Shown: positions 9,001-17,162, counted from the stretch's first letter. The stretch: 64,000 nucleotides of DNA from a virus (IMGVR_UViG_3300032053_000048:8898-72897), one strand, 5' to 3'. The notes: generated by a model not told the origin, from the letters alone. Made by a program: numbers and translations.

Positions 9001-11817
9001 AATGAGATGAAGCCCTACCGGGATAAAAGCCTTACTTTTGGTCGCCAGGAAACTCTTTATAAGGAGTTCCTTAACCTTATGGAGGGAGTTACCGGAACCT
9101 CAGTCAAGATATCTCAGGCAACAGGACTGCCTATTGAGAATGTTCTGGCCTACACAATAGCCAAACACGCACCGGAGAGGAACTTATATCTTCGCACAAA
9201 AGAGTTCGATGAGATAATGAAGGTTGCCGACCCAAACCTAACCCAGGCAGAGATTGATGAGATAAAGGATTTTCTCGCTCAAAAAGACTACGCTGGTGTG
9301 ATGCAGTTCGACACCGATGAGGCAGGTGTAGCACTCGGTAATTATGAATATCCTGATGAACTTGCGAAAGTCATTACTGATGAATTCGAGTCCGTTGTAC
9401 CGGATAAGATGACAAAGGAATTATGGTCAAATATCCGCAAGGCATCAACAAAAGTACTTGATTATTGGGAGATGGGAGAGCAGATTTCTCCTGAAATGAA
9501 GCAGGAATATCTCGACAGGTACAACTATTTCGTGCCACTCCGGGGCTGGAGGCATGGTTATGCCAAGTACCTCAGGTTTGTAAGGGGCCAGGGAGTTTCG
9601 AGATCACTGATTCATGCCGAAGGTCGTCAATCTCTGGCAGACAACCCGTTTGTTTACCTTCAGGAAACAGCTTTCAAGGCTATTGGCGAGATGATAGATA
9701 ACGAGGTTAAGACAGCAATGCTGAAGCTCATCATGCGTAACTTGTCGAGTTCAGAGCTCTACGATATGGTAACAATCAAAAAGCTTTATTATGTTGCCAA
9801 TGAGCTACCTGATGGAACCTACGAATGGGAGCCGACTATTATACGGCCACCGCAGGCAATGTTTAATGCCGGAACCGCAACTATGAAAATCTATAATCAG
9901 CATCACAGGCTCAGAACACCAGGACAGGCCAAGGAATCGGAGGTTATTGTACACCGGCCTAATGGTGATATTGTGATGATTTTCAAGGACCCGCAAATAT
10001 CGGTCGCTCAGGCACTCAACAAGCGCAATTATATGTTCAAAAGCATCTTTGGAGGCATCCATGATGCCAGATCAATGAATGATGCTGTTATTCCATTGTC
10101 GTACATGACAAACTTCCTGAAGGCCACAATGACATCATGGAACGTGGTTTTCCCGTTTACTAACTTCCTTCGTGATGCACCAGAGGCTGCCCTGACACAG
10201 CTCATCAAAGGCGAGCATGGTCATAATGTAATCTTAAATTATCACAGAGCCTTCCCTTCATTAGTGAGATTTATGAGGGGTAAACTTAACCTAAATGACC
10301 CAAATGACGTTGAGCTCCTTAACTTTTATCGTGCTGGTGGAGCAACGGGATTTACTCATCCAATGACTTCTGAGGACGCAGAAAGAAAGATGATGGTCAA
10401 AATGGAGAGAATGTTAGGTCGGGGAACCGTAAGGGGAGCGGCTGTTCATTATGGACAAACCCTTGTTGAGGCAGTTTCGATGTGGAATCAGCTCTTTGAG
10501 GATGCAACCAGGTTCTCGGTATATCTGACCAGCCGGGGTCTCGGAAAAACCATTGAGGATTCTGCCTATGATGCCAAGGAAGCTTCAATTAACATGAACC
10601 GTAAGGCAAAGTCCAGTAAGTTCTTTGATGCCATCTATGCTTTCTGGAATGTAGCATGGCAGAGTCTTCAGAAGAACTTTAAGCTCGCTAAGGATTTCCC
10701 GAAACGTTTCTCCCAGGTTGCATTGGCATGGATGGTACTTGGATTTCTTGATTCACTGTTAAACTACTCAACTGATGATGAGGACGAGGAAAGCAAGTAT
10801 TATAATATCAATCCCTGGATGCGAGAGAACTACCTTATAATCCCGAACCTTCCTAAGATACTCTCTGGTGAACCTAAAGGACCGAAATATCTCAGCATCC
10901 CGTTACCTCATTTCTGGAGGGGATTCAAGAGTATTGGTTCGTTACTATTTGATGTTATCAATGGCCAGATCGAACCTGGTGAGGCAATAAGAAAGGCAAT
11001 TACGAACTTCGGAGCTGCTATGTCACCAATAGATATCGGAGGATTCTGGAGCGCAACAGGAGAATTCAGTATAGCCCCCTTGATTCCGACAGTGGCTAAA
11101 CCGTTTTATGAGATTTCTCAAAACCGTAACTATATGGGATTTACTATTGCCCGGGAGCCTTTTGATAAACGTCAGGAGAAACTACTTGCTGAGGCACGTC
11201 TTGGTAAAGATAATGTAAACCCTGCAGCTAAGTTCTTTACTGATCTGTTGTTCCGTTGGGGCGGTGGAGATAATGCTACCAAGTTCTATACCGATGATAT
11301 GGGTATGCGTAAGAAAGTCTGGTCTGAGAACCTTCCAAAGGGACTTATTAATCCCTCGTATGTTGAACATATCTTTAAAGGGGTTACTGGTGGTACTGGT
11401 ACCGTTGTCAGTGATCTGATGACGACAATAGGACAGACCATTAATCCTGAGGAAGAAGTAAACTTCCGTAATGTACCATTCATTAACAGGTTCATCAGAA
11501 TGACCCCTGAATCAAAATGGAGGATAATGTCTGAATACTACAAGTTGAAGGAAGGAGTTACTGAGCATAAGGCCCTGAAGAAAGAATATAAGAAAAAGGC
11601 AGAGGCCGGACTTGGAGAGGAACAGATAGCCAAAACAGAAGGAAGCGCATATTACGAGACCTATCAGGATATTCTTGATAGTTATGATAAGGATATCAGC
11701 GATATGTCGGCTGAACTTGACTTCAAAGATACAGAAGGAACTAAGCCTATGTGGGACTTAATGCAGCAGTGCATCAATGATATAAAGGCCCTGAAACAAG
11801 AATATAAGGTCAAATAA
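85..11817 (+). CDS. Giant polyvalent (DarB-like) virion/ejection protein: N6-adenine methyltransferase + Strawberry-notch SF2 helicase + zincin-like peptidase + LPD38-like C-terminus; probably 5'-truncated by the window
   Basis: Motifs QQYSTPP, LEPSAGEG and NPPF (MTase, ~3124-3408); GAGTGYGKG Walker A, FDESH, YSSATG and QGFGRSHRSNQ (Strawberry-notch helicase, ~4460-6060); HEVVAH (~7759). The frame has no stop from base 1, so the true start may lie upstream. Confidence 0.85.
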   Translation: MEIIDKGFPKRITERRLLEGPSKPKGRQIRAIAESLGSLEEAQRRVKAAEQNIKEANTPGLKKIMQEYLDEAKTVLAEAKDIDYEGIALKTKISGDEEFLDLFERISDRIYFYDLNKAALYEIIEKNRPAELTVESVLPLIVQNRLDEKSQTLDERIKEVSDEIQNKESELTEKFGHKDGKGLRKPKNNREEYDLRYLNSAINRLIAELEDLETVKPKLNVKGKTEEPIRPAGPERGKGTEDIIPGGTETAPEPTPPKGPAPEFAGETVKYIPHDEWDKNLIKARMYAAKGGLFDPDELAILGKEHWTDLDYLVKAIKAKLGEPAFVGPPQWDELTKHLKAIPGMNTEAAKAYDIYFKNGTITDPQNFRIHLMSRVNPIITDYWVNHFQQLRKDYGPIEITADVIEKVTDMLQKQFLPQYKTMGELIQQINQENISQLMSGGRAGVLKPESEVKLEAWSRYINQFAKPTEFAGEKIETVQPQVSVKELSLTHRIPIGAEGYDYPNKALEPVIKRDVTAYAKEVGRVLGWEHETDKKGKIVYSHVNLPPAGGEATFKLFKPGSDIGIYVKIPYEPTEILPSGEYGSIYSIQGTLEKQGFGPILYRLTSRSTGKDNANHWIGVVDAGEMANQIRKLAESFEKATPEVIAEKPMTAEQKIIEQNKKTLPNMSIGRRGAIAYKSILKAIPILPQLKPGDYYRSGERGDAIMPFSIEAVPIEAGQRIFPDPDAYILTLAHTYEQMGDLMWDPRIDVAVYPAYGIVIPVYYTMSGLGIAREYVVDGKIDEKGMNDTFAFIPQWMNNIVAQGRSITGENKEKILPDLEYEQRPITDREIIKVPSAEDWTYTGGKVISIKDTPIGTEYKVRYDIPGKGSYTAAFYSDNKNLQIPEAFETDAELEAFRSSLVSDTKEPKSPQDRLVDMVKTELEAGQKITNTPQLVKIAEAAGMKIGEHYTDIKELYDIASLALNRYINEVGERFNPFRMDQAQAKNIVEELINLQDLLPTETQRSRTQVELQQYSTPPALAFLSNWIAEVGPGDTMLEPSAGEGNIAIFAKNTGARVVVNEYDQNRINLLKMLGFDKITKEDAKYVFAVNSLKSDKITVVVMNPPFSKDVALGGKMDLHGAEKHISGALKKLEPEGRLVAIVGKGMGFDSPTHREWWDKIKKGYNVKANILISGDAYAKKGTSFDNRLVVIDKTGETPQNAVILTGYAENYSDLTDLLAQIPNKVRNFERDENVTGYSKGKTAPVSRPGEPTGPGPATTDVGGIQRGDTGQPGPIDIRPAGDGKPDTGPSDINRQGGTQLAKPGGPGQVGGGISKTGTGGDSRKGKAGPGRGGIVRGNAGPTGGLPEQYKNKPGGEIPGRGISVVRLPKSEAHNLTNRGYDKYTPEITIEGAKDHPTPLVESSAMASVPLPETDYSPALAKSTVDSGALSSAQLEDIILAGNANEQILPSGERRGFFLGAGTGYGKGRTIAGILLDNWNKGQTKGVWISINDKAHRDSPDYWTAVGGDEKVLIKTTPNAKGPIKIEKGILLTTYGTVRSKFNPKLRRTEDDLKNYFSEPFTSRVQQLAQWLGRDFSGVIVFDESHNMANAISTRGTRGRKKPSNTALAGMELQRMLPNAKIIYSSATGATEVSNLVYAQRLGLWGDGTAFEKADDFINAVDTAGVSGMEIISKDLKSMGLYTAKTLSFDGVEYDTLRHNLVPAQVNLYNQVADAWQIVLKNINAAIEVNETSKEAKAAAMSAFWGAHQRFFGQIINAMQMPTLIKDIQKNLDEGNAVVVQLVNTNEMQLERALAEAREESEGELDLEDLDLSPKSIILDFLYNSFPVQQFQEATDQDGNIVKVPVIDSEGKPVLNPESVAKRDKLLEELDKSIVLPEAPIDMLLNTFGIDNVAEATGRGKRVVLKPGKDGKLTKQEETRTDSNVKQDVNNFMDGEKNMLIFSKAGGTGASYHSDLSRKNQKRRVHYVLQAGWQADAAIQGFGRSHRSNQRVPPLFKLVTTDLRAQRRFLSSIARRLEQLGALTKGQRDTGGAGVLDGSYNLEGRYAKQALFEFYQDVENGRVPGVDMATLEDQMALKIYREDQSGTRVYNENVIFNTKQFLNRLMSLRVDLMDKVFDGFINKLDEEVNAAILSGSYDAGIENVKAEKIRVVDEQLIYTDPRTKGKTYITTFELTLKNDKRDWKRIMAETAAYDQLGRFMGYYQEKNSGKIYAMVQQRIMDADGSTETKIKRMSVIADHHIDYRELREKYNELKKDVAKEIWDKDFAEYPDFRNRTETIVKGLILPIWNRLPNNISVKRYIDEKGQAHLGRYFPPKDIQRIVKDFEVASTQKYSPEQIKKIVKDGGMVRMANGFEFTKGKYQGIPVIKIENTRSYRDGERLERSGATFVVSSSMTMAGDYYISMDKASDVISEIERLFGTTVVHAEDSDGNFIMAKPEGPAFMRRPKDLRGEPSIWEDPRFKRYELAPGEFAEGQMKALFESEVIRRARIMMAHSNVNINVVKTKADLPQELQDYAIRQFGDLSSSEIPSVYDRKNKVIYIVVEDTKSISDLTSNMAHEVVAHYGLERLLGKDAYLDVLKLTYRGMSPVDAVELAARYKVDPEDWKTIAEEYIGDTAGAGKMNPSLWQRIITKIREWIRKLFNIPMSKAEIIVLLNKSREALRRNKYVPEPTEEQLAGDYMKTLTGFAARKEPQPTKHAYGIKVSGSQTLETDIAKGNQDYQTYFAAATPVIGSKAVRWIERAMVRAGFDQENIVNYLNSKILRYKGDDKLQKPFIDALEYVEANPPMKPEPLYQVMIGKGKTPNDLNLIDKDHSVTEDNMESIMNQLDVEGKFDPTFNYRNIQSGADLYRKMVGIYGSDREASLALSRAGIDGMRFIEQEMGNAQPFKVDSYIIFDNTPIDVLNQIAFKRRNKPVFAGEHIARAGQRYTLKQTKRNWNKILTGMREFIQDMDLPIRKFEEEVLKRGGFQTNEMKPYRDKSLTFGRQETLYKEFLNLMEGVTGTSVKISQATGLPIENVLAYTIAKHAPERNLYLRTKEFDEIMKVADPNLTQAEIDEIKDFLAQKDYAGVMQFDTDEAGVALGNYEYPDELAKVITDEFESVVPDKMTKELWSNIRKASTKVLDYWEMGEQISPEMKQEYLDRYNYFVPLRGWRHGYAKYLRFVRGQGVSRSLIHAEGRQSLADNPFVYLQETAFKAIGEMIDNEVKTAMLKLIMRNLSSSELYDMVTIKKLYYVANELPDGTYEWEPTIIRPPQAMFNAGTATMKIYNQHHRLRTPGQAKESEVIVHRPNGDIVMIFKDPQISVAQALNKRNYMFKSIFGGIHDARSMNDAVIPLSYMTNFLKATMTSWNVVFPFTNFLRDAPEAALTQLIKGEHGHNVILNYHRAFPSLVRFMRGKLNLNDPNDVELLNFYRAGGATGFTHPMTSEDAERKMMVKMERMLGRGTVRGAAVHYGQTLVEAVSMWNQLFEDATRFSVYLTSRGLGKTIEDSAYDAKEASINMNRKAKSSKFFDAIYAFWNVAWQSLQKNFKLAKDFPKRFSQVALAWMVLGFLDSLLNYSTDDEDEESKYYNINPWMRENYLIIPNLPKILSGEPKGPKYLSIPLPHFWRGFKSIGSLLFDVINGQIEPGEAIRKAITNFGAAMSPIDIGGFWSATGEFSIAPLIPTVAKPFYEISQNRNYMGFTIAREPFDKRQEKLLAEARLGKDNVNPAAKFFTDLLFRWGGGDNATKFYTDDMGMRKKVWSENLPKGLINPSYVEHIFKGVTGGTGTVVSDLMTTIGQTINPEEEVNFRNVPFINRFIRMTPESKWRIMSEYYKLKEGVTEHKALKKEYKKKAEAGLGEEQIAKTEGSAYYETYQDILDSYDKDISDMSAELDFKDTEGTKPMWDLMQQCINDIKALKQEYKVK
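743..892 (+). CDS. Putative 49-aa gene nested in the +1 frame of the giant gene (MSKEKLKNQFDRLVLKEAREQKISYPEAQKRLLNRLRQKVLRQNSQEKL)
   Basis: ATG at 743 to TAA at 892. Helical, amphipathic-looking product that coincides with a P/G-rich linker of the giant protein. Confidence 0.4.
   Translation: MSKEKLKNQFDRLVLKEAREQKISYPEAQKRLLNRLRQKVLRQNSQEKL
3782..4183 (+). CDS. Putative 133-aa acidic helical protein nested in the +1 frame of the giant gene
   Basis: ATG 3782 lies 6 nt after a TAATTTTG box (3768-3775). The ORF spans the G/P/R-rich linker between the MTase and helicase, and its composition looks like a folded protein. Confidence 0.55.
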   Translation: MKTLLDIAREKLHQFHAPANPLVPVLPQLMLVVFNEETPDNLDLSIYDRQEMENQIQDLLTSTDKAVLNWLNLVDQDRSEEVSQKLEQAGTVERVRQVLVEEVLFEAMQDRLEDFPNNTRISPAEKYRGEAFL

Positions 11818-11838
11818 CGAAATTTAATATAATTTCCT

Positions 11839-13833
11839 ATGATACGGAACTTTACAGAAGAAACCATCAAATCGAGGACTCTCTCTAAGATCGGTGGTAA
11901 ACAGGAGCGGATACTCATGCCGGAGATCAATAATGACAGGGTGGTATTGGCTGAGAATATGAAGCTGCTTGAGATTTGTCGAAATGACTGGCAAAGTCTA
12001 AGAGACGCCCGTACTCGCAGACGCAGGAACCGAAAGTACTATAGAGGCGATCAGTGGAGTGATCTTATCAAGGACCCGGATAAGAGTGACGGTAGTGTAA
12101 TAACTGAGGAAACCTACTTGAAAAAACAGGGGAAGGTCCCATTAAAACAGAATCAGATACGCCAGCTAGTTAAGAACCTTATTGGTCAATACCGGTCCAA
12201 TCCATCAAAGGCAGTTATTATAGCCAGGGACAGGGCAGATGCCAAGACAAGCGAGATGTTGACAAATGCCCTGCAAGCAGCAGAGACCGTCAATAAGGTT
12301 GCAAGTCTTGATCCGAGGTCTTTTGAGGAATTCAGTCTATCGGGTGCTCCAATCCAGAAACTGAGTTATCGGTACTGGAAGCAGTATAATCGTCCTGATC
12401 TCTTTATAGAAAACATCAATTTTAACCGTATATTCTTTAATTCAGACGTTCAGGATATAAGACTAACTGATCTTCGCAGGATTGGTGAGATAATCGATAC
12501 TACAATAGATGATATCGTTGCTACATTTGCGAAGAACAAGGCTGACGAAGCCTATATCAAACAACTCTACCGGACTATCATAACCGAGGATTTCCTTTCT
12601 CAGAGAGGACTTGACCCGACAAAGATGGACAGTCTTGACTTCTTTATTCCCCGGGACCCAAGCAAATGTAGGCTTATTGAGGTATGGGAACTAAAAGGCG
12701 AGTGGAGAACCAAGGCGCACGATCTCATGGATGGGTCCTACAGTATTGTCAAGGAATCATTGAAGGAAATAGCAAAGATTAACCGGCAACGTATTACAAT
12801 GGGAACCAAACTTGGAGTTCCTGAGGAAGAAATAGCTCTGATCGAGGCCGAAGAAATATTCGAGCAGTTCTGGTATGTTAAGTTCCTTACTCCTTATGGT
12901 CATGTACTATTTGAGTCAGAGACCCCTTATAAGCACGAATCACACCCTTATGCTCTGGTACTTTACCCTTTACTGGATGGCGAAGTTTGGGGATTTGTGG
13001 AAGATATCATCGATCAGCAGAGGTATATCAACCGCCTGATCATTCTTATGGACTTTATCATCAATGCCTCAGCCAAAGGAGTACTGATGATACCGGAAGA
13101 TTCAATACCTCCGGGAATGAGTGTCAAGCAGTTTGCTGATGAATGGACCAGGTTTAATGGTGTGATAGTATTCAAGCCAAACAAAATGGGAGTTCTCCCT
13201 ACGCAGATACATAATAACTCTACGAACATAGGGATACATGAGATGCTGGCCCTGCAGATGCAGTTAATCACCCAAATTTCAGGTGTACATGAAGCCATGC
13301 AGGGACAAACAGCCAAGTCTGGTACTCCGGCTGCTCTATATGCTCAGGAAGCACAGAACGCATCCCTTAATACCCTGGACTATATTCAGACCTTTAACCA
13401 ATTCATTCAGGATAGGGATACCAAGGCACTAAAGATCATCTGTCAGTATTATGACGAGCCGAGATTTCTGGCAGTTAGTGGTAAGTCATACTCCCAGGAA
13501 GCTAAGATGTGGGACCCGGAGAAAGCCCGGGATATCGAATTTGAATTAGTTGTGGTTGCTGGTAATGATACTCCTGTTTACCGGAGCATGATAGATCAGA
13601 CCCTACTTGAGATGCTGAAAGCTCAGATGATCGATCTTGAGATGTATCTGGAAAGTTCTACTATGCCTTTTGCTGATCAACTACTGGAAAGCATAAGAAG
13701 TAAGAAACAGTCTGCAGAACAGGGACAGGCACCAGCTGTAAATCCGGGCGACCCGCTTGCTGTTGAGGCATCAAAAGCAAATCCTGATGTTATGTCAAGA
13801 TTGATTCCTGCTATGAACGGTCAGGCAGCATAA
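11839..13833 (+). CDS. Portal protein (P22-like)
   Basis: 664 aa; YYRGDQW, N.IR.LV..LIG and IIDQQRYINR motifs typical of P22-like portals; next to the terminase. Confidence 0.85.
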   Translation: MIRNFTEETIKSRTLSKIGGKQERILMPEINNDRVVLAENMKLLEICRNDWQSLRDARTRRRRNRKYYRGDQWSDLIKDPDKSDGSVITEETYLKKQGKVPLKQNQIRQLVKNLIGQYRSNPSKAVIIARDRADAKTSEMLTNALQAAETVNKVASLDPRSFEEFSLSGAPIQKLSYRYWKQYNRPDLFIENINFNRIFFNSDVQDIRLTDLRRIGEIIDTTIDDIVATFAKNKADEAYIKQLYRTIITEDFLSQRGLDPTKMDSLDFFIPRDPSKCRLIEVWELKGEWRTKAHDLMDGSYSIVKESLKEIAKINRQRITMGTKLGVPEEEIALIEAEEIFEQFWYVKFLTPYGHVLFESETPYKHESHPYALVLYPLLDGEVWGFVEDIIDQQRYINRLIILMDFIINASAKGVLMIPEDSIPPGMSVKQFADEWTRFNGVIVFKPNKMGVLPTQIHNNSTNIGIHEMLALQMQLITQISGVHEAMQGQTAKSGTPAALYAQEAQNASLNTLDYIQTFNQFIQDRDTKALKIICQYYDEPRFLAVSGKSYSQEAKMWDPEKARDIEFELVVVAGNDTPVYRSMIDQTLLEMLKAQMIDLEMYLESSTMPFADQLLESIRSKKQSAEQGQAPAVNPGDPLAVEASKANPDVMSRLIPAMNGQAA

Positions 13834-14238
13834 CTAACCTCTAAGGTAAAGGTCAATGATTCTTTTACATTCGTCAAACCCAATCCCGAAATGGCATTTG
13901 AAGTTGCGGTCTGAGAGTTTGAGCATGAAGTCATTCTGTTGTGCAGTATGTTCATTAATGAACGCTCCATTTATCTTAAATATCTTGGAGTCCTCAGATT
14001 TGATCTCAATGAACAGACCATGATACTTAAAATCCCTACTTGGCTCTATAATAAACAAATCAGGATAACCTTTGCCTCCTTGTATGGACTTGAGTATCCC
14101 TGACTGTGTTTTCGTAAGATTTAATCCTGTAGGGTCAAAATGATACAGAACATTCGGATACTGCAGTTTTAGGTATAAGGCTATGTTCCGATAGATTTGT
14201 GTTTCCCGGTACTCTTTCATTTTGTAGGTATCCCCCAT
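13834..14238 (-). CDS. VRR-NUC / PD-(D/E)xK nuclease (putative resolvase)
   Basis: GYPDLFI...GLFIEIK...Q..F motif pattern. Confidence 0.8.
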   Translation of the reverse strand: MGDTYKMKEYRETQIYRNIALYLKLQYPNVLYHFDPTGLNLTKTQSGILKSIQGGKGYPDLFIIEPSRDFKYHGLFIEIKSEDSKIFKINGAFINEHTAQQNDFMLKLSDRNFKCHFGIGFDECKRIIDLYLRG

Positions 14239-14513
14239 ATTGCATCAAATTGTCTCTGTTGTAGTTCGAGTTGAGCTGCTATATCAGCATCTTTCCATGT
14301 TACATGGCTTGCCGGACGTGGCCCTTTGTAAATAATGGACCCTGATCTTCTCCACTCGTCAATAAATTGTTTCAATGACATTCCATCTGGAATATCAACA
14401 ACATCGACTTTAAGAATACCGGTTGGGCCTCCCTGTCCTTCAAGTATCTTAGGAGTTACAGCTACGGCTGCAGCTCCGACAACCAGTTTTGAAAAGAATG
14501 ATCTACGATTCAT
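14217..14513 (-). CDS. Small protein with twin-arginine (Tat)-like signal and a portal-like segment
   Basis: MNRRSFFSKLVVGAAAVAV leader; IPDGMSLKQFIDEW resembles the portal's IPPGMSVKQFADEW. Confidence 0.6.
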   Translation of the reverse strand: MNRRSFFSKLVVGAAAVAVTPKILEGQGGPTGILKVDVVDIPDGMSLKQFIDEWRRSGSIIYKGPRPASHVTWKDADIAAQLELQQRQFDAIWGIPTK

Positions 14514-14958
14514 GGTTTAGTGATTTAAGTTCTTCTGTTTGTATGTTACTTACAGCCTCTATATAAGATTTGCGCTGTATTTCATTACTTGTTACTATAG
14601 CAAAACACTGTGATATCATGTGCTCGTAATCCCTGTACTTTGGAAAGTAAGGTATATTCTTATGCTTGAGTTTCTTTAAGCCTTCAGAATTAACCTCATC
14701 GAATCCACCTGCTAAGTTACGAAGAATATAATAAGTCCGACCATCGGTTTTATTTCTCATCTTGGCCCGGTAAATAGCTCTATTGATAAGCTTTTCATCT
14801 CGCCTTACATTCCAGACAGATGTTTTAAAACCCCTCCATTCCTGCCAGTCTATCTTTAACCTGGTCCAGATATCCCTGAGGTATCCTGTTACTGCCAGAA
14901 ATACCACTAAAACGAGCAATACTGCTCCTGCGATGATGTAATAAACGTACTTATTCAT
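14503..14958 (-). CDS. Hypothetical protein with N-terminal transmembrane helix
   Basis: Hydrophobic YIIAGAVLLVLVVFLAVTG; tightly packed in the operon. Confidence 0.65.
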   Translation of the reverse strand: MNKYVYYIIAGAVLLVLVVFLAVTGYLRDIWTRLKIDWQEWRGFKTSVWNVRRDEKLINRAIYRAKMRNKTDGRTYYILRNLAGGFDEVNSEGLKKLKHKNIPYFPKYRDYEHMISQCFAIVTSNEIQRKSYIEAVSNIQTEELKSLNHES

Positions 14959-14967
14959 ATTTAGAGC

Positions 14968-16965
14968 TTATGAAAAACTTGCTTCTGATTGAACTTCTCT
15001 TTCCTTGCCTGGCTTATATTCCTCGACAATGATCGGCATATCCATGTATTTGAGTGCCATCCATACCCCTCCAGCTCTTGTGATAGCTATGTCATCGTGA
15101 CTGCCCTCAACGGCACCAATAGAACCATCGTCTTTGTATTCCAATGTATCCATTTCGTCACAGGCTTTATCCCAACGCTCTAAATAAAGATCGTCTCTAA
15201 GGGCAGCATTATGAGTATTGATGATCAATGATTTCGTACCCGAGTTTGTATGGAATCCCCACTTAATAGGAGCTTTCTGTTTTATCTTTTCTGGGTCTGT
15301 TCGGGCAAAGAGATTATTGTAATACTCCGCAATCTCATCAAGTACAGTTACAAAGTGATCACCCTCCGTATCTTTCCGGGACCTCAGGGAATTAGTTTCT
15401 ATTGCCAGCAGGCCCATTCCCCAAAATGAACCTAACTGTGCGCACTTCCAGGCAAAGATATCCTGATCAAGGTGCCCCCACCAGGTAGCAACAATTTCCG
15501 GTTTACCTCCTTCCATCATCCAGTATCTGTCAATAATAGTCAGACATGAGAAGTCTGAGCCGTCTGATCTGCCTCCGATGTCACCAAAGAGAGCGTACCT
15601 GTTCTTGATGTTAACTGTCAAATCCGGCAGGGCCCAAACAAAAAGACTACCCCTGCCATTCTCCTCCAACCTTAGATTTTTAAGACTGTCTGGACCTGTC
15701 TGAGCATCACCCATAATTTCGCCAGTGAACTCCGGCGCTTTACAGTTAACCCTTGCCTTGGCAACATATTCGGCCCGGAATACCCTGCGACCTGTTGATT
15801 GAAATGCCTCAATATCATTTGACGGATATTCTGACTTCATTCGCCAGTCGTCATAGTTCTCACCATTCTTAAAGTCATAATACCACTTGATGCCTTCCAG
15901 GGTGGCCCCTGCCAGCCATAGGTATTTAGCGTAAGATTCCTTTGTTATGGCCCAAGTAATGAAGTCATACAGATCGGATAACTTGATCTTCTTCTGGTAT
16001 CTCTCGATCTCGAACCATGCCACAAAGATCGGGATATATGAACTGGTACCTTTCTTGGCAGCCTGCCATTCCCTGTGAAAGAAATTACCGACTCCCTTGG
16101 CTGTAGATTCCATTACTATAAGGCTATTGGCTATTGTAGGAACTGTTCCTCTAAGTGTCTGAGCCAGGTCCTCTGCGGATTTCATAGCCGTTGATTTCCA
16201 GAGTCCAACCTCAGAAAGGTGCAGCATAGCAAAGTCGTATGATCTAAGATTCTCCGGTTCCTGGGCCGAACCAACTCCGACTATACAGTTCCGCTCCTTG
16301 ATAACCTTTGTCTTTGTCGAACCTTCGTAAGGTACAAATGTAATTCTACCGAATTCCTTAGGATAAAGATTCGCAAGTCTCTTATACATTCCCCGGATAT
16401 GTTTCGACTGGTCCTCAACATCTGCAATAATAGCCGAGTGCCAGTTAGTTTCCTGAATTTGTTGCATCCAGGCCATGTATATTTCTACAAGTGTAGAACC
16501 TCCCCATTGACGTGCTTTCAAAAGAATTATCCGTATTGGCACACCCTCTATCCGCATCTTTTCAAGCTGCTTGAGGAGTTTTCGTTGCGCCTTATTAAGA
16601 ACAAATGGGACCTCCTTTTTGGTAGTTTTGTGTTGAATCTTTGCACAGACATAAGCCCAAAATTCAAAGTCATATATGAACCTGATCTTGGTTAGTTCGT
16701 GCATGAAGGTGGCGGTTGTTACCGGGTCCTCGGAATTCAGAGCTTTCTCTATTGAGCCGAGACGTTTGATCTTACGGACAATAGATTGCTCCATATACAT
16801 TCTCTCCGGCAAAAAAAGTGAGTAATGGTTAGTATGGTAGAAGAAATCAACCTTAATGCGTTTAATAGGAGAACCAAGGCCTGTACCGGGATTATAGGGA
16901 GAGTTGAGTCGTTCCTTACGAAGGTCGTTTTCCTTTATAATATCTTCTATTTCTTCTTTCGACAT
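14968..16965 (-). CDS. terL: Terminase large subunit
   Basis: LKARQWGGST Walker A, LHLSE Walker B, ESTAKG coupling motif; RNase H-like nuclease with GDIGG, IETN and HDD. Confidence 0.92.
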   Translation of the reverse strand: MSKEEIEDIIKENDLRKERLNSPYNPGTGLGSPIKRIKVDFFYHTNHYSLFLPERMYMEQSIVRKIKRLGSIEKALNSEDPVTTATFMHELTKIRFIYDFEFWAYVCAKIQHKTTKKEVPFVLNKAQRKLLKQLEKMRIEGVPIRIILLKARQWGGSTLVEIYMAWMQQIQETNWHSAIIADVEDQSKHIRGMYKRLANLYPKEFGRITFVPYEGSTKTKVIKERNCIVGVGSAQEPENLRSYDFAMLHLSEVGLWKSTAMKSAEDLAQTLRGTVPTIANSLIVMESTAKGVGNFFHREWQAAKKGTSSYIPIFVAWFEIERYQKKIKLSDLYDFITWAITKESYAKYLWLAGATLEGIKWYYDFKNGENYDDWRMKSEYPSNDIEAFQSTGRRVFRAEYVAKARVNCKAPEFTGEIMGDAQTGPDSLKNLRLEENGRGSLFVWALPDLTVNIKNRYALFGDIGGRSDGSDFSCLTIIDRYWMMEGGKPEIVATWWGHLDQDIFAWKCAQLGSFWGMGLLAIETNSLRSRKDTEGDHFVTVLDEIAEYYNNLFARTDPEKIKQKAPIKWGFHTNSGTKSLIINTHNAALRDDLYLERWDKACDEMDTLEYKDDGSIGAVEGSHDDIAITRAGGVWMALKYMDMPIIVEEYKPGKEREVQSEASFS

Positions 16966-17162
16966 TCGTTATGGCGAAGATTTTTTGTAATGAGTATCTG
17001 AACGTAACTTGAGGTGTACTGTGTACGTTTAGCAACCTCATCGTACAGAAATTTCTTGGTATATTGCTTGGCAGTTTCTCCATATTCAGCGATAACATCA
17101 TCGTAGGCCTGGAGTACCTTATTGTTCCGTAACCTGGTAGTAGCATGGACCGGTTCAGCCAT
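16947..17162 (-). CDS. Small helical DNA-binding protein (HTH-like; possible terminase small subunit)
   Basis: Directly upstream of and overlapping terL; LYDEVAKRTQYTSSYVQILI resembles an HTH. Confidence 0.45.
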   Translation of the reverse strand: MAEPVHATTRLRNNKVLQAYDDVIAEYGETAKQYTKKFLYDEVAKRTQYTSSYVQILITKNLRHNECRKKK

